A stretch of 63,534 bases of DNA, counting the filler, from Nemertoderma westbladi (taxonomy: Eukaryota > Animalia > Xenacoelomorpha), in NCBI GenBank assembly GCA_032718475.1. It is 5 parts of 5 records of this genome, joined end to end, with 100 filler letters (N's around TTAATTAATTAA, not from the genome) between each part and the next. Parts side by side here need not be neighbours in the genome. Positions count along the whole stretch, not along the records: positions 42,789 to 51,440 come from JAUCBJ010008572.1; positions 51,541 to 58,989 come from JAUCBJ010001272.1; positions 59,090 to 63,534 come from JAUCBJ010001145.1; 2 more parts are not named here. One strand, 5' to 3'. This document shows positions 48,725 to 60,059 of the stretch, piece by piece. The position numbers were made by a program, and so were the translations under genes. The notes under the pieces were generated by a model. That model was given only the letters and a program-made list of their open reading frames with translations. It searched no databases and was not told where the DNA came from. Position 1 is the stretch's first letter; each line of letters opens with the position of its first letter.

Positions 48725-49182
48725 GGTCAGGTCAGGTCTTCTAGGTCATTGATCAAGAAAACTTGCCACCTCCATGCAGCATAAAGGAGGTGCCACCTGT
48801 AGCTGCATAGACCCTCTTACTAGGGCAAATCTGGTCCTGTAACTAGGACCCCCTTCTTTTTGGGATAAGGACGCCCTTGGTCCTGGATTAAGGACCCATA
48901 TACTTGGCTGCAGGAGTATATGGCCTGGCCAGGCAGATGGTGATCTATACCAATGGCTGGTCAGGAGTAGAGTGTTCTCATGTCCAATCTGAGTGCACTT
49001 CACTGCGACCTGCACCTGGCAGCAGGGGTACAGGGCATGACCCAGCAGATGAGCTGCACAGCCAATGCTGGGTCATGTGCGCCCTAGTGCCTCATATCTG
49101 ACTCTACTGCGACACCCAACCTGTGGAATGGTAAACCAGGGTGTGGTATTTGCCCCGAGAGCTAAGTAGTAGTAGTAGTAGT
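48725..49182 (+). mobile_element. Short non-autonomous retroelement (RTE-associated SINE/SIDE) with (AGT)n tail
   Basis: Starts with (GGTCA)n and ends in (AGT)6, the same tail as the RTE copies here. TTCCA on both flanks. Several hairpins, including a perfect 12-bp CATGACCCAGCA/TGCTGGGTCATG. A related copy lies at 31.1-31.3 kb. Confidence 0.65.
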
Positions 49183-49916
49183 TCCAATGGATGCGAACTT
49201 AGTTCCCATCAAAACGAATTTAGTTCAGGTTTAGTCGAACTTAGTACGAATGAAGTTAATTTAAAGAGAGAGAGGGGGGGTTGTATTTTCGGTATATTTT
49301 GCGACACCATTCGTCCAGGAGCCGGTGTCTCGAAGCTCCCCAGCGCTCGGGACCTCGATTGTCGCTCGGGATCACGGGTACCCGAGGGTTTGAAGAGGAT
49401 CTCGAAATTCGGCACTCGGGCCTCGGGCTCGGGCGATCGAACGTTAGGTGCATCCGAGGGTCTCGAAGCTCCCGAGCCCGAGAACACAAATCCGAGCCTG
49501 GAGAGCTTGGGCTCCGGACTACCCAAGCGCAATACAATTATTAGTTTAACTTTTTACCAATCCGGTACTTTGCGAACTACATACATTTAGTACCTGTACT
49601 GGTCCCTTTGCTTATAATCAGAAAGTAAAAGTAAACAGTACACAGTACACAGTCACGCTGTACATTGCATGTAACCATATTCTTGTATAAACTTTACTGA
49701 TAATTATAAAATACAGTCACGTACGCCTAATCAAGTACATATAAATTTACAGTACAATAATTAAAATAATAATTAAAGTTCTACAATAATTATATAATCT
49801 AAATAATACAATTACAGTAATTAACTTGTAGCAAAAAAGTATTCGTAAACAACCATACCAGTAATATTATATTTCATGGATAAAATAGCCTAACTAAGAG
49901 AATACATATCGAATAA

Positions 49917-51440
49917 GGGTGTAAACGTTATGCCGACAACCGACAGCCGACAACTGACAGGCGACAAACGAAGACGATAACCGACACTCGACAGCCGACA
50001 ACCGAAGTCGACAATCGACAGCCGACAACCGACAGTCGACAACCGCCAGCCGACAACCGAAGCCGACAACTGACAGCCGACAACCGACAATCGACAACCA
50101 ACAGCCGACAACCGACAACCGAAGCCAACAACCGACAGCCGATAACTGAAGCCGACAACCGACAGCCGGCAACCGACAGCCGACAACTGACAGCCGACAA
50201 CCGACAGCCAACAACCGACAGCCGACAACCGATAGCCGACAACCGACAGCCGACAACCGAAGCCGACAACCGACAGCCGACAACTGACAGCCGACAACCG
50301 ACAGCCAACAAACGACAGCCGACAACCGATAGCCGACAGCCGAAGTCGACAACCGAAAACCGACAACCGACAGCATACAACCGACAGCCGACAGCAGACA
50401 ACCGACAGTTTTCACTTTTCGGTCGATATATTGTATATTAATTATATATGAAGAATTTGTATTTGTTTTAAGAATATGGTGTATTTATTAAATAGAATAA
50501 AATAGCCTAGCGCTGATGCAAAACCATGCAACTTTTGAACGGCCGACTCAGCTATTTTTCAACGAAATTCAGGTTGTGCTACATATTTGGAATCCTTGCA
50601 TGGCCAGCTTTCTAGCAGTACCAACTAACAGCTATAAGGTAGAAGAATAACTGCGTTGAGAACACTTTTTTTTTAATTCTTGTAGCTAAAGATTGAAAAC
50701 AAAAATAAAAATTCTTGCTCACCCAGTAAGAGGTCGGGAAATGAAAATAATCCCTGTTTCAAATTTCATAAAATCTCATTACTATTTCTATATTGAACTG
50801 TACTATACTAATGAACTATATTCCGGGACATACATGGTATACTGTGTGACATTTTTTTTGTTTGGTACCCTTCTTATGCAGTACAATTGAATGCAATACA
50901 TTCATTGAGTAGTCCCATAAGGGTACAATTGGAAAGTTTACGTCATTATTGGCGGGTTGTGGTGTTTTAGTAACCATAGTAGGAGCATGTTACAAGCAAA
51001 GTAATCCAATGCTTACCGTGCCAGCCTGTTTAGTTAGGCATCTAGTGCTATTAAGTAAATAGATCTTTCAATTATATTGGAAGTGTAAAGAAGATAAGTT
51101 ACTTACTAATATCACTGCTATATTATGGATAGCCAGTAATCGTCAAGCAACATGACCTTCCAATAAATATCTTCATATTTAATTTCTTTAATTTAATTTC
51201 ATATTTAATTATCTTCATATATAATATAATATCGACCGAAAAGTGAAAACTGTCGGTTGTCGGCTGTCGGTTGTCGGCTGTCGGTTGCCGGCTGTCGGTT
51301 GTCGGCTGTCAGTTATCGGCTGTCGGTTGTATGGCTTCGGTTGTCGGTTGTCGGCTGTCGGTTGTCGACTGTCGGTTGTCGGCTGTCAGTTGTCGGCTGT
51401 CGGTTGTCGGATCTCGGTTGTCGGCTGTCGGCTGTCCGTT
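49917..51440. mobile_element. Foldback-type element with long arms of 7-bp repeats; right end lost in the gap
   Basis: TAA|GGGTGTAAACG, then (CCGACAR)n to ~50408, CAGTTTTCACTTTTCGGTCGATAT, ~800-bp spacer, then mirror image ATATCGACCGAAAAGTGAAAACTG(TCGGYTG)n. Confidence 0.85.
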
Positions 51441-51540
51441 NNNNNNNNNNNNNNNNNNNNNNNNNNNNNNNNNNNNNNNNNNNNTTAATTAATTAANNNN
51501 NNNNNNNNNNNNNNNNNNNNNNNNNNNNNNNNNNNNNNNN
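51441..51540. other. Artificial contig linker
   Basis: N44-TTAATTAATTAA-N44. Confidence 0.98.
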
Positions 51541-52118
51541 AACATTTCACACACAACTGGCACAATATAGGCAAGCAGGTAGTAGTTATATGAATTGTAA
51601 AATTAATTTAGAATATATAATAAAATTTATTTTTTATTATGCAATAAAATAAAAATGCAACAAATATATTCATACGTACCCCATATGTACCCCATACGTA
51701 CCCCATATGTACCCCACAAATGAATATGAAATATTAATTGTAAAAATTCTTTATCAATAAAAGGTATGTGCCTCCGCGGTGGAAGGAGGCCCTGGAGGGG
51801 TCTGGGGTTCGGGGACGGGGCGGGAGTCAGGGATTTGGACAGGGAGATGTACCCCTCTCCCTAACTCCCCTTTAATGGAGTTAACATTAGACTTTAGTTT
51901 TATATATCTATAATAAAACTGCCTGTCTAATTAATTATATTACTAACTAACTATATGTGTCATATTTAAATATTGTTCATTCAGTATTTGTATATTCTTG
52001 GTGATATATCTATTCATATTATTTGTGTAACCAATTAATTAATTATACACTATAATAGTATGAATAAAAGGTCTATTAATTAAATTAAAACCAATATACT
52101 TTCTAAGTAGTCTTACAG

Positions 52119-52205
52119 TCGCACCGAGTACTGAGCACAAAACAATCTGAACACTTTAATAGAATATCAACATATGAAGATGAAGAAGGACATACAAACA
52201 GAATG
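52119..52205 (+). CDS. Possible coding exon, unidentified gene
   Basis: TCTTACAG|...ATG|GTAAAA, 87 nt open in phase 0 (SHRVLSTKQSEHFNRISTYEDEEGHTNRM), within very AT-rich surroundings. Confidence 0.35.
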
Positions 52206-52217
52206 GTAAAAAATAAT

Positions 52218-52508
52218 AAATATTTAATAAATTATTATAAATATTTAATAAATATTATAAATATTTAATAAATATTATAAATATTTAATAAATATTATAA
52301 ATATTTAATAAATATTATAAATATTTAATAAATATTATAAATATTTAATAAATATTATAAATATTTAATAAATATTATAAATATTTAATAAATATTATAA
52401 ATATTTAATAAATATTATAAATATTTAATAAATATTATAAATATTTAATAAATATTATAAATATTTAATAAATATTATAAATATTTAATAAATATTATAA
52501 ATATTTAA
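52218..52508. repeat. Pure A/T 20-bp minisatellite (~14 copies)
   Basis: Unit ATATTTAATAAATATTATAA. Confidence 0.97.
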
Positions 52509-52642
52509 ATTATTTACGATGTAGAATAATAATCATTAATAATATGTTAGTAAGAGACACACCGTAAAATGACTTAGTAATATTATTATAATATTAGCAG
52601 TACTAGTAATAATATATTAACATTGGCCTTAGGGGTTTCAAC

Positions 52643-52700
52643 CTAGCCTGGAACTTCTAGAATGGCCACTATAGTTGGCATACTAGAAGTTCCAGGCTAG
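52643..52700. repeat. 58-bp hairpin / mini-MITE
   Basis: Perfect 18-bp arms CTAGCCTGGAACTTCTAG / CTAGAAGTTCCAGGCTAG. Confidence 0.85.
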
Positions 52701-52839
52701 TTCCCTGCCTCTATAGATACAGGGGGGGGGGGGGGGGGGGGTGGAGAGACTTGAAGCCATCCCATCTCGGCGAATTAATATCTCGTCTTAAGAAAAGGAG
52801 AATGTTACAGTGAAACGTTAATTTAACCAAAAACATTAA

Positions 52840-54392
52840 CCCTATTAAACCCGGGGGGGGGTCAATATGACCCCCCCCCATGGTTTTTTTATTATAATTC
52901 TGAAACAAACGCAGTTTGGAATCTGAAATTTTATGACTTTTCCTAAAAATCTATTGTCTTCCTAGTAGTGAAAACCGTTTTCAAAAATATTGGTTACTTT
53001 TCGAGTTATAGCACCATTTTTGAACCCTACTTTTGGCACTTTTTTTGAGACGTTTTTTGAAAATTACATTTCATTAAATATGAATTTTAACATCTCTATT
53101 TTTGATTTACACCGTTTTTTTGGTGTTAGAAATTTGATGGAATTCATATAAATTGATTTAGAAATTTCAAACTTGTTTTTTTCGGTGGGTGCCAAATTTT
53201 GGTGCCAGCACCAAATTTCGAAATAAGTCAATTTTGTAAATTGATCGTTTGAAACTTGTTTTTTACGCAATTGGGGTTTTTTGGGTTTCTGGATTCGATG
53301 AAATATATACGAGTTGCACCAAGCGTATCAAACTTGTATTTTTCGGTGCTGTGTGCAAATTTTGGTGCTAGCACGAAATTTTGAAAATCCATTCAATAGA
53401 TAAAATTGCTTGTGACAATTTATTTCTTGCGTTTTAGAGGTTTATGGCTGTTCTGAATTCAATGGAAAATATAATTATCGATCTAAACATCTCAAACTTG
53501 TATTTTTCGGATGTGGGTGCAAAATTTGGTGCTAGCACCAAATTTTGAAAACCATCAAATATATCAATTGATTGTGTCACCTTGTTTCTTGCGTTATACG
53601 GGTTTGTGATGGTTCTGAATTCAATGGAATCAGTAAAAATTTCATAAGAGTTCTCAAACTTGTATTTTTCGCCGGTGGGTGAAAATTGTTGTGCCAGCAC
53701 CAAATTTTGGAAAATATGCAAATTGATAAGTAGATAGTATCACCTTGTTTCTTGCGTTATACGGGTTTATGAGGGTCCTGAATCCGATGGAATCAATAAA
53801 AACAGCACTGGACATCGCAAACTTGTACTTTTTTGTGATGGGTACGAAATTTGGTGCTAGCACCAAAATTTGCCAAATTACGCTGAAAAATACAAGTAGC
53901 AATGATCTGGCATATTAGAAATGTATTCCATTAGAATGAGCGCCCTCGAAAACCTGAAAATGTGAATTTATAGCATCGTATAAGTGAATTACAAATTTTG
54001 TGTTCTAACTGAAAAGTGCTGGTTACTTGTTTTTTTCATTTTTTTCCTACGCAGAGAGGACTAAACAACCATTTATAGTAATCATATCATTTTTTAATAT
54101 TTTCCAATGTATTTTGCACCCCAGAAAACCTGTATTGAAAAATAATTAGCCGAAAATGTAACTTTCAAATTTGGTGAAAATTGTGCACTACTTGTAATTT
54201 TGGTGCTGCAATATAACCACCCCAGTACATTTTTTCGAAAATTTTTTTTTTCGGTCGGATCCAGACAAGTGATACCTACGTACAAACAAAAAATCAGACG
54301 TTTTCGTAAATATTTGTAGATTTTAGAGGGAAGGGTCAATATGACCCCTCCCCGGTATTTGTACAACATTTTATAGCCCGGTACTAATAGGG
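52840..54392. mobile_element. Non-autonomous piggyBac-like element with internal ~162-bp repeats
   Basis: TTAA|CCCTATTAAACCCGGG...CCCGGTACTAATAGGG|TTAA. Subterminal GGGTCAATATGACCC at both ends. Five internal repeats at ~53167-53880. Confidence 0.85.
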
Positions 54393-54639
54393 TTAAACTG
54401 AAGTCAATAGAACAGGTTACAGTTTTATTTTGGGAGTAATCAGCTGTTATGTGCATCGATTTTCAAATGGAGATGGTTGAATTTTGATTGCGTCGATAGT
54501 CCCACTCTGACCACATCTGACCCGCTGGATTGGATTTCAAACTGTTAAATGAGTCTAAATATATAAAATAATAATATATCTTTGATTTTTGTTTATCTAT
54601 TTCTAGCTATTATAAAATAATAATATTATGATCATCCAA

Positions 54640-57630
54640 GAGGCATATTCCCCAGAAACCCAATCGAAAACAGTATGTGCCATGGCAAGACTCTGAGTTA
54701 ACTTGTTAGAAAGAAGATCTTAAGATAGCCTACAAAGTTAAAACCGAACAACCAACAACCGAAAACATTAACAAGGTTGAGAAAGCTAAGGACGATCTTA
54801 AATTGGCCTACAACATCAGCAAAGAGAAGAACATACAGGACAAAAGAAATTACAACTGCTCACATATAGCAACAATCAAGACTTACCTGGCAAACTGTAA
54901 ATGAGGTATCTGGTCGGAAAAGTTGTGCAAAGGGGCGCCTCAAAGCCGATAGTCCTGAAGAACGTGTTGGGAAGTGGAAAAATCACTTCAGAAAATTGCT
55001 TGGGCAGCCACAAAACATCGAGGTAAACAAGGAAAATACAACGAAAATATACAAGGACAAATACATATACAAGGAAAATATATGACAAGACACTACCTAA
55101 GGGACGTCACACCTGCCGAACTCCAAAGAAGCATTAAAAGCATGTCCAATAATAAAGCGAGTGGATTAGATGAAATTCCAGCGGAGGTATGGAAAACAGG
55201 AGTGCTTAACAGACCATTATTGAATGTTTGCAACCGGACGTTAAAAGGGGAAAAGCCACCACCAATTTGGACTAAAGGTCAACTAAAGCCTCTCCCCAAG
55301 AAAGGAGACCTCGGTATACCAACAATCTATCGTGGGATCTGTATAAAATGATTCTATATAGCTGCCAAAATATACAACAAAATGATTCTATATCGAATTA
55401 GGCCTCATATAGAAAAACTGCTGCGTAAGAGCCAAAACGGATTTCGACAAAATAGATCAACAATAGCTCAGATACTGGAGACTGATTGAGGGAATTAAGT
55501 CAAATAATCTCCCCGCAGTCATGACTTTTGTGGAGACTCCAAAAAATTATTCGACTCCATCCATAGAGGTGCTGGAAATCCTAAGAGCTTATGGAATACC
55601 AGAAGTAATTGTTGCTGGCATTGGATTGTTATATTGTGGCAGAGACGCTCAGGTACTCTCACCAGATGGTGAAACTGAGTTCTTCTCAGTCCTAGCTGGC
55701 GTACTGCAAGGTGAGACATTGGCGCGATTACTATTCATAATTGTGCTTGATTACGCAATGAGGACGGCCAGAAAGGGTGCAGATCTGGGATTCACACAAC
55801 AAGAACGCAGAAGTAGTAGATATCCGGCAACTACAGTCACATACACCGACTTTGCGGATGACATTGCCCTGCTCTCTAATACAATTCGGACAATTCGGAC
55901 CCATTAATTTTGTGTTTTGGGACCGAATTGTCCGGGACCGAATTGTCCGGATACTGACTAGGACAATTCGGTCCCAAAACATACATATTAATGGGACCGA
56001 ATTGTCTGGGACCGAATTGTCCGGGACTAAATTGTCAGGGACCGAATTCTCCGGGACCGAATTGTCCGGCACCAAATTGAATTGGTACTATATACTATAT
56101 TATGGTGAATGTTCTAGAACCTTAATAGATATTATTATATGGTAGCTAGTGTTTTTTTGCTTGCTAGTATTTTTTTGAAAATAAAAAAATTTTCCTTTTT
56201 TTTATTAACATTATTAGTTATGGTAGCTATGGTGTTTTTATGGAGCTTGTGAATTATTTACTAGCTAGTAATAGTATGTATTTAAAATATAATAATAATA
56301 TAAAATATGTAAATATGTTGTTGGTTAGTTAACAAGCCTAAATTATTATCCTAGATAATAGCTGGATCTCATTCATGGACACTTTGCTGAATTTAGATTA
56401 AAAAACTGTACCGCCACACTAAGTTTTGTTCAGCTTAAACTGTTATAAAATCATCAATAATTTTGGAAATTAATATAATCTGCAACAGTTTAGGCCTAAT
56501 TCTGAAATAGCAATGTTTTCATTTTTTTTATAATTTCAAGAAAAAGCTAGCTAGTAAAAAAACACTAGCTACACCTTAATAAATAATATATAATACCGGT
56601 AATGTTCTCGAACACTTACCAATAACAAAAATAGAAAAAATACAGTATTTTTAAAATTAAAAAAAATTCCAGCTAGTAAAAAAACAGTAGCTACCATAAA
56701 AAAATATATCTACGAATGTTTTAGAACATTCACCAATATCAAAAAAGCACTAAAAAGTTGCTACCAGGAACCGGACAATTCGGTCCCGGACAATTCGATC
56801 CTAGAATTGAATGAAGCTGAATTCGGTCATAGTAGCATTTATATGCAATCCAACCTCTTTAGCAACCCTCTCTACTTTATTCAGTAGAAGCTGAGCGGAT
56901 GTAGGTCTATTCGGTCACGGAAAATTCGGTCCCGGTCAATTCGTTCCCATTTATTTAGTGTTTTGGGACCGAATTGCCCTGGACCGAATTGTCCGGAACG
57001 AGTTGTCCTGGACCGAATTGTCCAGGACCGAATTGTCCTACATCCGCACAGCTTCTACTAAATAAAGTGGAGAGGGCTGCTAAGGAGGTTGGATTGCATA
57101 TAAATGCTACAAAGACCGAATTCATGACCTTTAATGTTGATGGAAACTTGACAACCATTGATAATAATCAACTACGGAAGGTTGACGACTTCCAGTACCT
57201 TGGGTCATGGATAGAGAGTAGCAAAAAAGACATAGATGTTAGGAAACCAAAGGCATGGGTAGCTCTATCTAAAATGGATACCATCTGGAAATCAGATCTC
57301 TCCAAGCACCTGAAAACTGAGTTCTTTCGAGCCACAGTGGAAAGTGTATTTTTATACGGGGGTGAGACCTGGACACTGACGAAATCAACTGAACAACGAA
57401 TTGACCTAAACATCAGCTGGAGACAACACATGACAAATCCGAGCTTTATGGTACAATACCATCTGTATCAAACACCCTTTGTGAATGCAAATTAAGATTC
57501 AGTGGGCAGTGAGCTGGAGAAATAAACATTAGGCATGAGGTCATACCAGATCTGCGACAACTATGGAGAATCGGGAAGCCTGGAAGGATATCATTGCCAC
57601 TGTCCGAGCATGCTTCACCTAGTAATAGTA
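54640..57630 (+). mobile_element. Decayed RTE-clade LINE, interrupted by an insertion
   Basis: KASGLDEIPAE, PLPKKGDL, QNGFRQ, AGVLQG, DFADDIALL | AQLLL..VE..A..VGL.IN..KT, FQYLGSW, LNISWRQH. Multiple frameshifts. 3' end with TAGTAATAGT. Confidence 0.88.
55883..57038. mobile_element. Composite inverted-repeat DNA element with 15-bp GGGACCGAATTGTCC subrepeats
   Basis: Splits the RTE RT just after FADDIALLSNT. Subrepeat clusters at both ends, and internal AT-rich arms (~56100-56180 vs ~56660-56740) are inverted. Confidence 0.75.
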
Positions 57631-58075
57631 TAAAACAATAGCTATATTCATGCGGATTAATTGTAAATTAACTCATTCATTATTAGTTCAGGTATACTAG
57701 TAATACATATAACATCAATATATAACAATAACCATATAATATACGATAACCAAAACAAACAAATTAATGAGTGATAACCGAGATATTGGAGATGCTTTTA
57801 CATATCTATTTACTACACTATCGATTATTAAATTATTTATGATCATATTTCATACAATAATTATCTGTTTATTATTTGTTTATTTGTTATAAATGTTATA
57901 TATATTCTAAAACATTATAAATTATTAAATTAATATGAATACAATACATTATGTCAATATATTAATAATAATAATATTCTCGAAACTACTTTAAAAATAA
58001 TTTTAATATAGTATAAAACGTTATATTTATTTTCATTCAAAATTAGTTAAACTTCATTTCATAAACTTTATTTAG

Positions 58076-58293
58076 GTTGTAACATACCTCATTCGACCTG
58101 AAAGTGATACCACCGATATTAGCTGGTTAGATAATGATCAGATGGAAAAAGCAACAAAGGAGCCCGAAGCAAAGGTTGATAATAAGGCTGAAGATGCCGA
58201 TGTTCTTAAAGATCGTTTGCAAAAGTCCTTGATAGAAAAGGAGAAAAACGCGAATATATACAAGAAGACAAACCCAGTTACATTAATGTTCTG
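58076..58293 (+). CDS. Probable coding exon, unidentified gene
   Basis: TATTTAG|GTT...TG|GTTAGT, 218 nt open (VVTYLIRPESDTTDISWLDNDQMEKATKEPE...TNPVTLMF). Phase-compatible with 52119-52205. Confidence 0.45.
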
Positions 58294-58989
58294 GTTAGTA
58301 TTTTGAAACTGAACTGCGAGACAGAAATGTAACTTACTTTTTTAAGAAACCCTGTTCGAATTTTTTTGCACATTATTCGAATGATGTTTTTTCGTTTGTG
58401 GGAAATTTGATAATCATATAAGGAAATAAATTGTATACGAAATGATTAGGACCAATATATTAAGCATATTTTTGAGCATTTTTATATTTTACTAAAGTTC
58501 AATATAATTGTTCCTTCTTTCTTCGGGAGGATAACTTTCACCACGGTTGTAGAGTGTTGTCTATTCCCGTCACAGTATCATTATGTTTCAAAATTATCAT
58601 ATTTCTCAACACTAATAACACCATTTGCGCCATTTTATGAAACAAACTATTGGACATTCGACATTGATTAGTGGAGTAAATGAATGGATAGTTTTATCTT
58701 TCAAAATATATACCCCTTTTGTTTGTTCATGGCAAAATAATGTTTCAATTATGGAGTAAAATAATCTACAGGGTATCCACTATCCATCCATGGTGCAATC
58801 TACAGACACAACAGGTTTTTAGAGGATTATAAGCCAATTGTAAATTGTCAAAAACTATTATACTTAATTATATATTAATATACGATTACATATACATTAC
58901 ATATTATTATATTAATATACCTAATTATACTTAATACTATTACAGAACCATTATCACTTCCCTAAATTATATGCGCACAAATGCTAGTA

Positions 58990-59089
58990 NNNNNNNNNNN
59001 NNNNNNNNNNNNNNNNNNNNNNNNNNNNNNNNNTTAATTAATTAANNNNNNNNNNNNNNNNNNNNNNNNNNNNNNNNNNNNNNNNNNNN
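58990..59089. other. Artificial contig linker
   Basis: N44-TTAATTAATTAA-N44. Confidence 0.98.
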
Positions 59090-59784
59090 TTATTAAGTTT
59101 TTTGCCACATGTACCTCAATACAGGCAGTCACGTGCTATCCGTTTTCTACAAACACAACACTGTACATTTTCTCTTTAGACCAGGAAGTGGGACAGACTG
59201 CAGAGTTTCAGTTTCATCAATATCTGAACTAATTTTCTTAACTTTTTTAATACAGGTTTTGGCTTACAACATTTAGACCTCTGTTGCTCACGTTGAATAA
59301 TAAAACAACGTGCACAATATTTACTTCCATTTAATCTGCATTACACTTCTAGCAATGTGGAGCATGATAGAAATACATAGTAGATAGTGTGCTGAACCTA
59401 CTTCTACCATACCCTCCTGTGCAGCCTCCTGGTGCATCAGTGTCCTCGAGTAACTTTGTTTTTGTGATGAACTATCACCGTGGTAACCCACACCCACAAA
59501 CTCATATAATTACTTATGACAACTACTCGATAACTATCATCGTTTAACTTAATTCAGTTTTTTAACATATAGTATCACCCCTATGCAGTTAGGGAAAGCT
59601 TATACTGCCCACACTTTATAATTTTTACTTTTGCGGAGCAAATATAACCATTTGCAGTTTGCACAATGTACTATATGCTTATATTTTTACTTTTGTGGTG
59701 CAAATATAACCTTTTTATTAATAATTATAGCCTGCCGGGGCATAAGCTGTGCAAATTGAATTAAATGTTCATGTACCCTCTTAC

Positions 59785-59957
59785 CAGCACTATCCCACTT
59801 TCATCATCTACAGGTACACTAGAATGACTGAGAACTATATCCTCGTAGCTACTCCTCCATTGGGTCGTTTGTATTTCAGCAACCAGTACTGAACATTCAT
59901 CAACATCAACGGCTATCCTATTAACGCCCGAGGAAGCACTAGCTCTCATTCTACAGC
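59785..59957 (-). CDS. Possible coding exon, unidentified
   Basis: Open frame ...RIAVDVDECSVLVAEIQTTQW...GIVL ending at CTG|GTAAGA. The acceptor is weak. Confidence 0.25.
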
Positions 59958-60059
59958 CTAGTAGTTATCAATGATACAATAATAAATTGCTTGAAAACAT
60001 GTACTTATAAATCTCTGCTCAAAAAAAATTACCAATAGCTTTCACTTACGTAGCTGAAT

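Noticed and set aside
49890-51496. CRLS/VGC-repeat ORFs
   Set aside because: Translation of 7-bp repeats in the foldback arms, open in several frames.
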